Shown: piece by piece, positions 39,704 through 49,078 of the stretch
How positions within the stretch are numbered: the stretch's first letter is position 1
Layout of the letters: each line of letters opens with the position of its first letter
Virus record (IMG/VR): IMGVR_UViG_3300026077_000001
DNA: 64,000 bases
From: a virus
Taxonomy: Duplodnaviria > Caudoviricetes
Strand: one strand, 5' to 3'
The notes under the pieces: generated by a model
The model's database searches: none
What the model saw: only the letters and a program-made list of their open reading frames with translations
Told to the model about the DNA's origin: nothing
Translations under genes and position numbers: made by a program

Positions 39704-40274
39704 CATCCCATTTTATACAAGCAATAATGAATATGAGAATCACTGTCAATTCAGAAAAGAATTATTAGCACGTCGTGATGAGTTTTGTACTGAAGAGAAT
39801 AAATTTTATGGTACTGGTTATAGCACCATCCATACTAATGATCAGATACATAAAGAGTATCCTGAGTTTGGTGAGTTACTGTTATCAAAACAAGAACTAT
39901 TTGATCCAGAACTTAAGGTTACCCACTGTTGGGTTAACATCAATCCTAAAGGTGGGTTCCAGATGCGTCACAACCACGCAGAGTGTGATGTTGCAGGAAC
40001 CTATTATTTACAGGTGCCACCTGGCAATACTGGCGATCTTTATCTCTATCATCCTGCACACGCAGTAGAAACTACTTGGAGAATAAGACCTTATTGGCCA
40101 ACAACACATTGTCAGATACCACGTGAAGGTGACCTATACTTCTGGCCAGGTTACCAAGATCACGAGGTTCGTATGAATGAAGAGGAAGACGAGAGATGGT
40201 CGGTTTCCTTTATGATGAGTATTCCTGACCGTGTTAGACTACAAAGATTCCCTAACTTACCGAGACCCAGATGA
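39696..40274 (+). CDS. 2OG-Fe(II) oxygenase, TIGR02466-like (start revised from 39642)
   Basis: WVNINPKGGFQMRHNH, VAGTYY, WPGYQDHEV, RWSVSF. Confidence 0.85.
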   Translation: MFDIPFYTSNNEYENHCQFRKELLARRDEFCTEENKFYGTGYSTIHTNDQIHKEYPEFGELLLSKQELFDPELKVTHCWVNINPKGGFQMRHNHAECDVAGTYYLQVPPGNTGDLYLYHPAHAVETTWRIRPYWPTTHCQIPREGDLYFWPGYQDHEVRMNEEEDERWSVSFMMSIPDRVRLQRFPNLPRPR

Positions 40275-40534
40275 CATTCCTAATTGGTATAATGTCTTTT
40301 GCAAATTTTGTATTCTATCCTCTAGTGATAGCAACAATCATTGCATTTATAATTGAGCAGATATTCAGAGCACAAGATAAAGCACCTGAGATTCTTAGGT
40401 CTATGTCAGTCAGAAAGTATTTCTGGAGACAAGCTTGGTTGTTCAACATCATATGGTTTGTTGGATACTTCATCCTATTGATTGTTAACAGACCAGGTGC
40501 ACAGCAAATGCCTGATTTAATTTGGCAAGGTTAA
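40271..40534 (+). CDS. Two-TM membrane protein (87 aa)
   Basis: Two hydrophobic helices: FANFVFYPLVIATIIAFII and AWLFNIIWFVGYFILLIV. Confidence 0.7.
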   Translation: MTFLIGIMSFANFVFYPLVIATIIAFIIEQIFRAQDKAPEILRSMSVRKYFWRQAWLFNIIWFVGYFILLIVNRPGAQQMPDLIWQG

Positions 40535-40545
40535 TTCAATTCGAT

Positions 40546-41085
40546 ATGGAAATTTTCCCCACACATCTATATGTGTTTAATCATAGTGACGAGAGAATAG
40601 ACGAGGAGATCGATGGAATTCCTGATGATCCAGACATCCTATCTCACCTGAGTGTAGGTGCCAAGGAAGAGATCCTCTATGGGTCTCATACTGGAATAAA
40701 CGATCTCCAGTTGTTTCAAAAATATAACTTACCCCACTTGAGAGCATTTTGTGAAAAGTCATTGGCACATATAGATCCTACCTGTACGATAGCGAACTCT
40801 TGGCTGAATAGGGGACCTAAGGACAGTTTCCAAATTGCACACACCCACGCTGGTTTCAATGTATCTGGTGTATACTATCATAAGGACTGTGTTCCTGAGA
40901 TGGGAGGGATTGTATTCATCAATCCGAATCCTCATTCTAAGATGTGCCTATGGGGTACAGAGGAAGGTCGCCACTTCCCTGCTACACCAAGGACTCTCGT
41001 CTTATTCCCATCTTGGTTAGAGCATAAAACTGAGAAAAATCGTATAGATACTCCTAGAGTATCCATAGCCTTCAATGCAAAATGA
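40546..41085 (+). CDS. 2OG-Fe(II) oxygenase, TIGR02466-like
   Basis: NSWLN, QIAHTH, VSGVYY, FPSWLEH, RVSIAFN. Confidence 0.88.
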   Translation: MEIFPTHLYVFNHSDERIDEEIDGIPDDPDILSHLSVGAKEEILYGSHTGINDLQLFQKYNLPHLRAFCEKSLAHIDPTCTIANSWLNRGPKDSFQIAHTHAGFNVSGVYYHKDCVPEMGGIVFINPNPHSKMCLWGTEEGRHFPATPRTLVLFPSWLEHKTEKNRIDTPRVSIAFNAK

Positions 41086-41291
41086 CAACTCCAAACTGGC
41101 AACACAATTCTGGGAAGCCACCCAAACGTAAATTAAAACCACGTGCACTTAAGAGTGCAAGAGACAGACGCAACCAGTTGATAAAGTGTCTACTAAAGAC
41201 CTCCGACCGCCATCGGGGGTCTTATAATATGTGTATACAAACGAAGGAATTAAATGACAGTCAACAGAGAAGTCAAAGGAACCCTTGCTAA
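41082..41291 (+). CDS. Basic hypothetical protein (up to 69 aa)
   Basis: MTTPNWQHNSGKPPKRKLKPRAL. ATGA overlap. The 3' part runs through a promoter/hairpin. Confidence 0.55.
   Translation: MTTPNWQHNSGKPPKRKLKPRALKSARDRRNQLIKCLLKTSDRHRGSYNMCIQTKELNDSQQRSQRNPC
41173..41228 (+). promoter_or_regulatory. Early-type promoter: 24-bp upstream element, hairpin, -10 TATAAT
   Basis: accagttgataaagtgtctactaa (41173-41196) and TATAAT at 41223-41228. A second copy lies at 43452. Confidence 0.7.
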
Positions 41292-43464
41292 ACTACTAGC
41301 AACAGAGGATCTAATCATCGAGCACAGAAATTGTGAGACTGCTCAGTTTGACGTGGAGAGACGTGTACTAACTCTTCCAATCTGGGATCAGGCAACTGAA
41401 GCAGTATATGATATGCTCGTCAGTCACGAAGTAGGACACGCTCTATACACTCCAAGAGAGTGGGAGTATGGTAAAGTTCCTCAGTCATTCTTGAATGTAG
41501 TAGAAGATGCTCGTATCGAGAAGTTAATGAAGCGTAGATACCAAGGTCTTCCTAAGACATTCTTCGCAGGTTATAAGGAGTTAAGTGAGCAAGATTTCTT
41601 TGAATCAAAAGAAAACGTTGATACGTTCTCTTTAATTGATAAGATCAACCTACAGTACAAGATCGGTAACTTCCAGTACATCGCATTCACAGACGAAGAG
41701 CAAGTATTTGTAGATGCAGTAGGACAGTGTGAAACATTCGAGGATGTAGAGAACGTTTCTAAACAGATCTTCGACTTTATGAAGGAAGAGTATGAGAAGA
41801 AGCAGAAGGAAGAAGCAGAAGAGGAAGCAGATTCAGCATTCGAAATGCCTCAGATGGGTGGTACAAATCCAGATCTAGGTGATGATTCACAAGATCCTTT
41901 CTCACAGGAATCACCAATAGATGCAGATACTGATGGTCAATCAGGTGATGATGGTGATGATACTGAAGCAGAGGGTGGTGATGTAACTCAGGATGCAGAG
42001 ATACCTACTACAACTGAAGGTGGTGTAGAAGGTGGTAATCCATTAGAAGCACAGACAGATAAGATCTTTACAGACAAAGTTAAAGAGTATGTCAAGCACG
42101 GTGGATTCGAGACTGAGTATGTTGAGATTGATAAAGTTGATCCTGATAAGTTAATCATCTCTTGGAAGGAAATACTTCAGATGTCTGAAGAGAGATATAA
42201 GGTTGAGATGCCTATCGATGGTGATGACAGTCAACTCTGGAGATACAATGTTGAGAAAGCAGACCTTGAGAAGAGTGAGTCAGACTATAGAGAGTTCTTT
42301 AAGTCATCACAGAAAGAAGTTAACTATCTTGTTAAAGAGTTTGAGTGTCGCAAAGCAGCATCTAGTTATGCTCGTGCTACTACAAGTCGTACAGGTGTTC
42401 TTGATACTGCTAGATTACACACTTACAAGTACAATGAGGATCTCTTTAAGAAGGTAACTAACTTACCTGAAGGAAAGAATCACGCTATGGTCTTCTTACT
42501 AGACTGGTCTGGTTCAATGGCAAATTGCTTATTTGATACAGTAAAGCAAGTTCTTCAACTAACTTGGTTCTGCCAGAAAGTTGGTATCCCTTATAGAGTA
42601 TATGCATTCAGCAATAGCATCTATTCTGCCAACTACTATGATAGAACAGTAGATAAGTTCGAAGAGAAGTTGGGTAAGATCTCTTTCAATCAAGGATTCG
42701 GTCTACTTGAAATGCTTACTTCAGAAGGAAACAAGAAAGAGAGAGATAGATCTGCTTTAGCACTCTGGAGAAATGCTGGTGTTAACAGCACTCAACCAAA
42801 AACTTGGTCTCGTGTATACTCTATGGGATGTCCTGCAATCTTAGGTCTATCAGGTACACCATTGATGGAAGCAATTGCAGCAATGCACTCAGTACTTCCA
42901 CAGTTCATCAAGCAAACTGGTGCAGAGAAAATATCTCTATCAATCCTAACTGACGGTGAAGCAGCACAACCTTCTTACAACTGCAAGAGATCAGCAGTAA
43001 TGGGTGATAACCTATTCCGTAACTCATTCAACGGACGTTGCCAGTTAAGAGATCGTAAGACTGGAAGAGTATATGCTCGTAAGGATAACCCTCTAGAGCA
43101 GACAAATGTATTCATCCAGAACCTTAAGGATTCATTCAGACAAGTACAAATGCTAGGGTTCCGTCTAATCACACCACGTGACACTAGTGGATACTTCAGA
43201 ATGATTCAGTATATGGGATTCATTAATGAGTTCAGCGAGGAAGCGATCAAGAGATTCAGAAAGCAGAAGTTCTATGAAGTAACTGAGTCACCTTATGACA
43301 AGTTATTTGTTATGCCAACAACTGCATTAGTAGATGACAATCCACTAGATGATCTTAAGGAAGATGCAACAAAGGCACAAGTTGGTGCAGCGTTCAAGAA
43401 GATGTTCAAGAACAAAGCATCCAATAAAAAGATGCTCGCATCATTCGCTGAGACAGTTGGATAA
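41254..43464 (+). CDS. Metallopeptidase-like (HExxH) plus vWA/MIDAS protein, CobT-like partner of the AAA ATPase
   Basis: SHEVGH, NVVEDARIE, acidic linker, LLDWSGSM (DxSxS), SGTPL, ILTDGEA. Confidence 0.85.
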   Translation: MTVNREVKGTLAKLLATEDLIIEHRNCETAQFDVERRVLTLPIWDQATEAVYDMLVSHEVGHALYTPREWEYGKVPQSFLNVVEDARIEKLMKRRYQGLPKTFFAGYKELSEQDFFESKENVDTFSLIDKINLQYKIGNFQYIAFTDEEQVFVDAVGQCETFEDVENVSKQIFDFMKEEYEKKQKEEAEEEADSAFEMPQMGGTNPDLGDDSQDPFSQESPIDADTDGQSGDDGDDTEAEGGDVTQDAEIPTTTEGGVEGGNPLEAQTDKIFTDKVKEYVKHGGFETEYVEIDKVDPDKLIISWKEILQMSEERYKVEMPIDGDDSQLWRYNVEKADLEKSESDYREFFKSSQKEVNYLVKEFECRKAASSYARATTSRTGVLDTARLHTYKYNEDLFKKVTNLPEGKNHAMVFLLDWSGSMANCLFDTVKQVLQLTWFCQKVGIPYRVYAFSNSIYSANYYDRTVDKFEEKLGKISFNQGFGLLEMLTSEGNKKERDRSALALWRNAGVNSTQPKTWSRVYSMGCPAILGLSGTPLMEAIAAMHSVLPQFIKQTGAEKISLSILTDGEAAQPSYNCKRSAVMGDNLFRNSFNGRCQLRDRKTGRVYARKDNPLEQTNVFIQNLKDSFRQVQMLGFRLITPRDTSGYFRMIQYMGFINEFSEEAIKRFRKQKFYEVTESPYDKLFVMPTTALVDDNPLDDLKEDATKAQVGAAFKKMFKNKASNKKMLASFAETVG

Positions 43465-43507
43465 GTGTCTACTAAGGGGTCGCAAGACCCCTTTTTTACA
43501 CTATACT
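43452..43507 (+). promoter_or_regulatory. Second early-type promoter: 24-bp element, hairpin, -10 TATACT
   Basis: gacagttggataagtgtctactaa (43452-43475) and TATACT at 43502-43507. Same spacing as the 41173 copy. Confidence 0.7.
43474..43498 (+). terminator. Terminator-like hairpin embedded in the promoter
   Basis: aaggggtc-gcaa-gacccctt followed by tttt. Confidence 0.75.
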
Positions 43508-43540
43508 TAGTACATACAAAACAAATACGGACAACACATT

Positions 43541-44626
43541 ATGGCATTCCAAACTGAAATCCCTGTAACAACTGAAGGAGTTGTTGAGTACCTTACAAAC
43601 AACTTCGGGACTGAAGTTTCTACACAAGAATTATTGAAAGCAGCAGACGAGTTCAAGTGCTCATACGCAACAATCAAAAAGAGACTTAAGCAGTACAAGA
43701 AGTCCATAGGTAAGTGGAACCTAACCATAGAAGAAGCACGTGAGGTTTTTGAAAAGCAAATCGTTAAGTCAGATCCAAAGGCATCTCTAGTACCTTCTAA
43801 GGATGAACTATATGTTCCATTCGGAAACTTTAACTCTGTTAAGAAGATTATCAAGAGTAAGAAGTTCTATCCTACTTTCATCACTGGTCTATCTGGTAAC
43901 GGTAAAACATTTGGTGTGGAGCAAGCAGCGTCAAGTCTAAATAGAGAGTTGATTAGAGTTAACATTACTGTTGAAACAGACGAAGATGACCTTATTGGTG
44001 GGTTCCGTCTTAATAATGGTAGCACTGTATGGCATAATGGACCAGTTATCGAAGCACTGGAAAGGGGAGCTATCCTCCTTCTAGACGAGATTGATCTAGC
44101 ATCTAATAAGATTCTATGCTTACAGTCAATCCTTGAAGGTAAAGGAGTCTTCCTAAAGAAAATCGGCAAGTACGTAAGACCTGCTGATGGGTTCAATGTT
44201 ATTGCGACAGCGAATACTAAGGGTAAGGGTTCTGACGATGGTAGATTCATCGGGACTAACGTGCTCAACGAAGCGTTCCTTGAGAGATTCGCTATTACTC
44301 TTGAGCAAGAGTATCCATCACCAGCGATAGAAGTTAAAATCCTGAACAAGCAATGTGCTGATTCAGACTTCTGTGCACGTCTTGCTGACTGGGCACAGAT
44401 CATCCGTAAGACCTTCGCTGATGGAGGAATTGATGAGGTGATCTCCACTCGTAGGTTGGTTCACATCGTTAAGGCATTTGAGATCTTCGGTTCTAAAGAA
44501 GATGCTATCCAGTTCAGCATCAACAGATTTGATGATGAGACTAAGCAAGCATTCTTGGAATTATATGACAAGATCGATGCTGAATTTAATATCTCAGATA
44601 ATGACTTGACCGATCAACCAAACTGA
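43541..44626 (+). CDS. cobS: CobS-like / MoxR-type AAA+ ATPase
   Basis: GLSGNGKT, RVNITVETDEDDLIGG, LLLDEIDL, ATANTKGKG, NEAFLERF, STRRL. Confidence 0.9.
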   Translation: MAFQTEIPVTTEGVVEYLTNNFGTEVSTQELLKAADEFKCSYATIKKRLKQYKKSIGKWNLTIEEAREVFEKQIVKSDPKASLVPSKDELYVPFGNFNSVKKIIKSKKFYPTFITGLSGNGKTFGVEQAASSLNRELIRVNITVETDEDDLIGGFRLNNGSTVWHNGPVIEALERGAILLLDEIDLASNKILCLQSILEGKGVFLKKIGKYVRPADGFNVIATANTKGKGSDDGRFIGTNVLNEAFLERFAITLEQEYPSPAIEVKILNKQCADSDFCARLADWAQIIRKTFADGGIDEVISTRRLVHIVKAFEIFGSKEDAIQFSINRFDDETKQAFLELYDKIDAEFNISDNDLTDQPN

Positions 44627-44634
44627 CGTATACT
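44606..44634 (+). promoter_or_regulatory. Sigma70-type promoter upstream of the gp45 operon
   Basis: TTGACC (44606-44611), 17 nt, TATACT (44629-44634). Confidence 0.75.
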
Positions 44635-44642
44635 TAATTCAA

Positions 44643-44807
44643 ATGGATCTTCCACTAGACGACCGAGAATTGAAAACAGTAGTCGCTGCCCTGAAACTGG
44701 GTGGCGATACTGCTCTTCACAACAAGTTAAAACTTGTTATTGAACTCAGAGATCTGGGTTTACCCTATAAGAAGATACTTAAAGAACAGTATGGTTATTC
44801 AGTATGA
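44643..44807 (+). CDS. 54-aa hypothetical protein (not in ORF track)
   Basis: MDLPLDDRELKTVVAALKLGGDTALHNKLKLVIELRDLGLPYKKILKEQYGYSV*. ATGA overlap with 44804. Confidence 0.7.
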   Translation: MDLPLDDRELKTVVAALKLGGDTALHNKLKLVIELRDLGLPYKKILKEQYGYSV

Positions 44808-45121
44808 ACCGAAAGTACAATGAGGAAGAGTATCTCAAAGAGATCTCTGAGTACATTGCAAACACTTACAGAGGTCATTATTCAGTCGGCAACGTACAGA
44901 CTCTTGACCTCATAGATTCAGTAGGTGACGCAGAAGCATTCTGTAGGAGTAATGTCCTTAAGTATGCTTCACGCTATGATAGAAAAGGTACAGCACGTCG
45001 TGATATCATTAAGATTATTCACTACGGTATCTTGCTACTCCACTTTAATGATAAGCGTGAGAAAGCAAACCAAATTAATTCCAATAGTACTACAGCATTT
45101 GCTGTAGACTATGATAAATGA
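44804..45121 (+). CDS. DUF3310-like conserved phage protein
   Basis: YIANTYRGHYS, AFCRSNVLKYASRYDRKG...DIIKIIHY. Confidence 0.75.
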   Translation: MNRKYNEEEYLKEISEYIANTYRGHYSVGNVQTLDLIDSVGDAEAFCRSNVLKYASRYDRKGTARRDIIKIIHYGILLLHFNDKREKANQINSNSTTAFAVDYDK

Positions 45122-45136
45122 TCCTCTAACTACATT

Positions 45137-45817
45137 ATGTCCCTTGTCAAACTCAGTAAAAAAACTCAGAACCTCCTTAAGAACTTTGCCACGATCAACA
45201 AGTCGATTGTTATCGATCCTGGCAACAGCATCAGGACACTATCTGTCAACAAAAACATCTTTGCTTCTGCTATTGTCAGCGAGAACTTCCCTCAAGAAAT
45301 TGCCATTTATGACCTCGGTAATTTCCTATCTACTCTCTCACTCTTTGAGAGTCCAGTCTTCGACTTCTCAAACACTTCGAAACTTATCACAACAGACGAA
45401 GCCTCTAACTCAAGAGGAACGTTCTACTATTCTGACCCTTCTGTAATACAATCAGTACCTAACAAGGGTATACAGATGCCAGATGTAGATGTTCAGTTTA
45501 GTCTTAAGACTGATACATTACAGGATCTTATAAGAGCAGCAAGTGTATATCAGGTACCTGATTTATGTTTGTTTAATAAAGGTGAGGACATTAGATTGCA
45601 AGTATGTGACAAGAAGAACGAGACATCAAATACATATTCAGTTCCAGTTGGTAAGAACACAAGTAGTGAAGACTTCTGTTATTGTTTTAAGGTAGAGAAT
45701 CTTAAGATTCTACCAGGTGATTATGCAGTTAGTGTTGCTAAGAATAAAGTTAGTCACTTTGTATCAGCAGCAAATAATGTAGAGTATTATATTGCTCTTG
45801 AACCTGACACAAAATGA
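45137..45817 (+). CDS. gp45: DNA polymerase sliding clamp gp45
   Basis: LKNFATINKSI, AIYDLGNFL, FKVENLKILPGDY, YYIALEPD. Confidence 0.95.
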   Translation: MSLVKLSKKTQNLLKNFATINKSIVIDPGNSIRTLSVNKNIFASAIVSENFPQEIAIYDLGNFLSTLSLFESPVFDFSNTSKLITTDEASNSRGTFYYSDPSVIQSVPNKGIQMPDVDVQFSLKTDTLQDLIRAASVYQVPDLCLFNKGEDIRLQVCDKKNETSNTYSVPVGKNTSSEDFCYCFKVENLKILPGDYAVSVAKNKVSHFVSAANNVEYYIALEPDTK

Positions 45818-46383
45818 TCCCAACATTTGTATCCCTCCAAGCAGATTTGTTCAGACTACCGTGTCTTATATGTCACGTACCTGACTGGCAAAATGTTAAG
45901 AGGGATTTTTTATCTTCGATTAACTGGGATGATCCTGACTGTAACCTAGAACATTTCTATAGTGATTTCCATAGGTACTTCACTAGAGGTGAGCAACCTC
46001 CATATCATATGGATCTAATGGAAGTTCTTAGAGGACCATTAGAATTCTTTGCTCAAGAGAATCCTGGTTCACAGGTATTGAGTTCTTGGTGTCAGAGATA
46101 TAGTGCTAACCAAATGCATCCTGTACATACACACGGTGTTATAGGTTACTCAGCAGTGTTCTATGCACAGTTGGGTAGAGCACATAAACCAACTTGTTTC
46201 TTCTCACCATTTCCAGATCCTTGGTCTGGATTTATTGACGAGAAGATTCCAAAATGTGAAGAGGGTGATATAATCTTCTTCCCATCACAATGTATGCATC
46301 AGTCGTTGCCACACGCTGCTGCAGAGGATAGAATTATATTCTCATTTAATATTATGCAATCCCCTGAGTCGATCTATGTCTGA
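45814..46383 (+). CDS. 2OG-Fe(II) oxygenase, TIGR02466-like
   Basis: MHPVHTHG, YSAVFY, EEGDIIFFPSQCMH, RIIFSFN. Confidence 0.85.
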   Translation: MIPTFVSLQADLFRLPCLICHVPDWQNVKRDFLSSINWDDPDCNLEHFYSDFHRYFTRGEQPPYHMDLMEVLRGPLEFFAQENPGSQVLSSWCQRYSANQMHPVHTHGVIGYSAVFYAQLGRAHKPTCFFSPFPDPWSGFIDEKIPKCEEGDIIFFPSQCMHQSLPHAAAEDRIIFSFNIMQSPESIYV

Positions 46384-47311
46384 TTTTCTATGGTGTGAAC
46401 AGTACCGTCCTCGTAAGATCGAGGATTGTATTCTTCCTGATAACATCAAAACAGTTCTACAGAAATTTGTAGCAAACAAAAAGATTCCAAATCTATTATT
46501 GTCAGGTCCACCAGGTATAGGTAAGACCACAGTTGCTAAGGCATTGTGTGAAGAATTAGGAGCAGATTATTATGTCATCAACGGATCAGATGAAGGAAGA
46601 TTCCTCGACACAGTTAGAAACCAAGCGAAAAACTTTGCATCAACTGTTTCCCTCGTGGGTGGTGCCAAGATCATCATCATCGATGAAGCAGACAACACCA
46701 CAAATGACGTACAGTTATTGTTACGAGCTACTATCGAGGAATTCTCCTCGAACTGTAGGTTCATATTTACGTGCAATTACAAGAACAGAATAATTGAACC
46801 ATTACATTCACGTTGTTCAGTTGTAGACTTTAGTATCAATGGTAAGGAGAAGCAGGTACTTGCTGCTCAGTTCTTTAAGAGGATCCAAGATATCCTTACA
46901 GAGCAGAAGGTAGAAGCAGAACCAAAAGTATTAGTAGCATTAGTTCAGAAGTATTTCCCTGACTTTAGAAGAACTCTTAATGAGTTACAGAGATATAGTT
47001 CTATTGGTAAGATCGATACAGGTGTACTTGCTGCTGTAACAGATACTAAGTTGCAAGATCTTGTAGGATATCTTAAGAACAAAGAGTTTACCAATATGAA
47101 AAAATGGGTGGTTCAGAACCTAGATAGTGAACCAACTCAGATTATGAGAAAGTTATATGATTCGTTATATAATTATTTGCAATCTCAATCTATTCCTGAA
47201 GCAGTTCTTGTTATTGGTGAGTACCAATACAAGGCAGCATTCGTAGCAGATCAAGAGATTAATTTAGTTGCTTGTATGACAGAACTTATGATGAGGTGTC
47301 AGTTTAAATGA
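46376..47311 (+). CDS. gp44: Clamp loader large subunit gp44
   Basis: WCEQYRP, GPPGIGKT, IDEADN, IIEPLHSRC, FPDFRR. Confidence 0.97.
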   Translation: MSDFLWCEQYRPRKIEDCILPDNIKTVLQKFVANKKIPNLLLSGPPGIGKTTVAKALCEELGADYYVINGSDEGRFLDTVRNQAKNFASTVSLVGGAKIIIIDEADNTTNDVQLLLRATIEEFSSNCRFIFTCNYKNRIIEPLHSRCSVVDFSINGKEKQVLAAQFFKRIQDILTEQKVEAEPKVLVALVQKYFPDFRRTLNELQRYSSIGKIDTGVLAAVTDTKLQDLVGYLKNKEFTNMKKWVVQNLDSEPTQIMRKLYDSLYNYLQSQSIPEAVLVIGEYQYKAAFVADQEINLVACMTELMMRCQFK

Positions 47312-47880
47312 ATTATGACTTTAAAAACTCTCTTACGGATGTACGATCTGTTGTGCATCTTATTGGTATGCACGGTGATAATCTTATTGGTCTCGAACTA
47401 GGGGTAGATCGTGCACAAAGTTTTTGTACTTTGTTACAAGCTTGTCCTAATATTAAACACCTTACTGGTATTGATAACTGGGAACCTTATACAGATTACT
47501 TAAGAGAAGATAATGAACCTGGTCCTTCCAACTCTACTGATTTTGCAGAGATGGAGATCTTTGAATTTATGGCACATCATCATATTAGATTCTCTGGTGA
47601 AGAAGATAGATCAACAATTATCAAAGGTAACATAGAGGATTTAGCTATCACATTTCCTGATGAACATTTTGATTTTATTTTTATGGATGCTTGGATGACA
47701 TATGAACAAGCACTTAAAGAATTAAATGATTGGTATCCTAAGATTAAATATGGTGGATTGTTATGTGGTCACGATTATAAATCACATCTTATTCAGAGAG
47801 CAGTAGCAGAATTTAGAGAACAAAATAATATCACTCAACATATGAGTGTATACGATTCAATGTGTGTTTGGAAGAAATGA
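47308..47880 (+). CDS. Class I SAM-dependent methyltransferase (Methyltransf_24-like)
   Basis: GLELGV, FDFIFMDA, WYPKIKYGGLLCGHDY. Confidence 0.8.
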   Translation: MNYDFKNSLTDVRSVVHLIGMHGDNLIGLELGVDRAQSFCTLLQACPNIKHLTGIDNWEPYTDYLREDNEPGPSNSTDFAEMEIFEFMAHHHIRFSGEEDRSTIIKGNIEDLAITFPDEHFDFIFMDAWMTYEQALKELNDWYPKIKYGGLLCGHDYKSHLIQRAVAEFREQNNITQHMSVYDSMCVWKK

Positions 47881-48566
47881 GAAAGCATCCCATCTTTCCT
47901 GTAGAACTCTTTACATTTGAGAGTAGTCCTGAGTTAGTAGAAGAAACTCTTGACGCTTTAGATCCGATTGAGAGAGGAGCTTTTAATTTACCTAATCTTG
48001 TACAGACTACACAAGGCAATTTACATTGCTTACCACAATTTAAAAATACTTTTAAATGGATTGATCAATGTTTAGATGAAGTTAAGAAAGATCAACAGTT
48101 TGAAATGTGGGGTAAGTTTGAGATCAGTCTTGCTTGGGGGGTTGTATCGCTCCCTAACAGTGGTGGATGCCATCAACCACACAGACATCCTATGTCATAC
48201 TACAGTGGCACCTACTGCCTCACAGATGGGTATCCTACGCTCTTCCAAGACCCTGTGCACGCAAGATCATATAATCAGTTAGAAATAATCTCAGCAGTAT
48301 ATGAGAACGCTGTAGAAGCACCTGTATATAAACCAGGTACCCTAGTAATATTTCCAAGTTGGTTAGTACATTTTACAGCACCACATTTTGCTGACTTCCC
48401 ACGTGCAAATATTTCATTCAATGCATTTCCAACTGGTCCTATTAATCAAGGACCATATGGACAGAATATGATTAACTGTAAGTTGGTACAAGATGATGAG
48501 TTAAGAAGAAGAGGACACGGTGAAGAAGACATTGGTTATGGACACGGACCACAGATGGCATTATGA
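47877..48566 (+). CDS. 2OG-Fe(II) oxygenase, TIGR02466-like (start revised from 47862)
   Basis: HQPHRHP, YSGTYCL, LVIFPSWLVH, RANISFN. Confidence 0.87.
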   Translation: MRKHPIFPVELFTFESSPELVEETLDALDPIERGAFNLPNLVQTTQGNLHCLPQFKNTFKWIDQCLDEVKKDQQFEMWGKFEISLAWGVVSLPNSGGCHQPHRHPMSYYSGTYCLTDGYPTLFQDPVHARSYNQLEIISAVYENAVEAPVYKPGTLVIFPSWLVHFTAPHFADFPRANISFNAFPTGPINQGPYGQNMINCKLVQDDELRRRGHGEEDIGYGHGPQMAL

Positions 48567-49078
48567 TTGAGTATACTGACGATCTATTTGAGTTCACTGA
48601 TGTATGGGAACTGTATCAGTACTTCGAAGCATATACTCAATGGGAAAAATTAGGTGATGCCTTTGGTAATAAGGTACCTAGTCTTGGTAGAGTATTTGAT
48701 TTGGAGTATCGTGAGTTTGAACCTATTGCAGAGAAGTGGTTAAAATTAATTGGTAATCCTAAAGTACGTAGATGCTTATACAATGCATTCACATATATGG
48801 ACTGTCCTAAACCACACACGGATTCACATAGTTCACAGGGCATCACGTATATGATCTATTGTAATCCTGACTGGCACGCAGGTATGGGAGGAGAAACAAT
48901 CTTCCTAGAAGATGGAGAGATTGTTAAGAGTATTGTGCCAAAGTTCGGAAGGATGGTAAAATTTACTAGTGAGCTATGGCACGGTGCACGTCCACCTTTA
49001 AGGGATGCTCCTATGAGATACAGTCTTGTATATCAGACTCATCCAGTTGAACCTGAAACTATGAGGGATTTATTTTGA
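48563..49078 (+). CDS. 2OG-Fe(II) oxygenase, prolyl-hydroxylase-like
   Basis: PHTD, ITYMIYCNPDW...GGET, WHGARPP, RYSLVY. Confidence 0.87.
   Translation: MIEYTDDLFEFTDVWELYQYFEAYTQWEKLGDAFGNKVPSLGRVFDLEYREFEPIAEKWLKLIGNPKVRRCLYNAFTYMDCPKPHTDSHSSQGITYMIYCNPDWHAGMGGETIFLEDGEIVKSIVPKFGRMVKFTSELWHGARPPLRDAPMRYSLVYQTHPVEPETMRDLF

Noticed and set aside
43541-44626. cobS as evidence of a phage cobalamin pathway
   Set aside because: No other cob/cbi genes are present. The protein is a MoxR-type AAA paired with a vWA partner.
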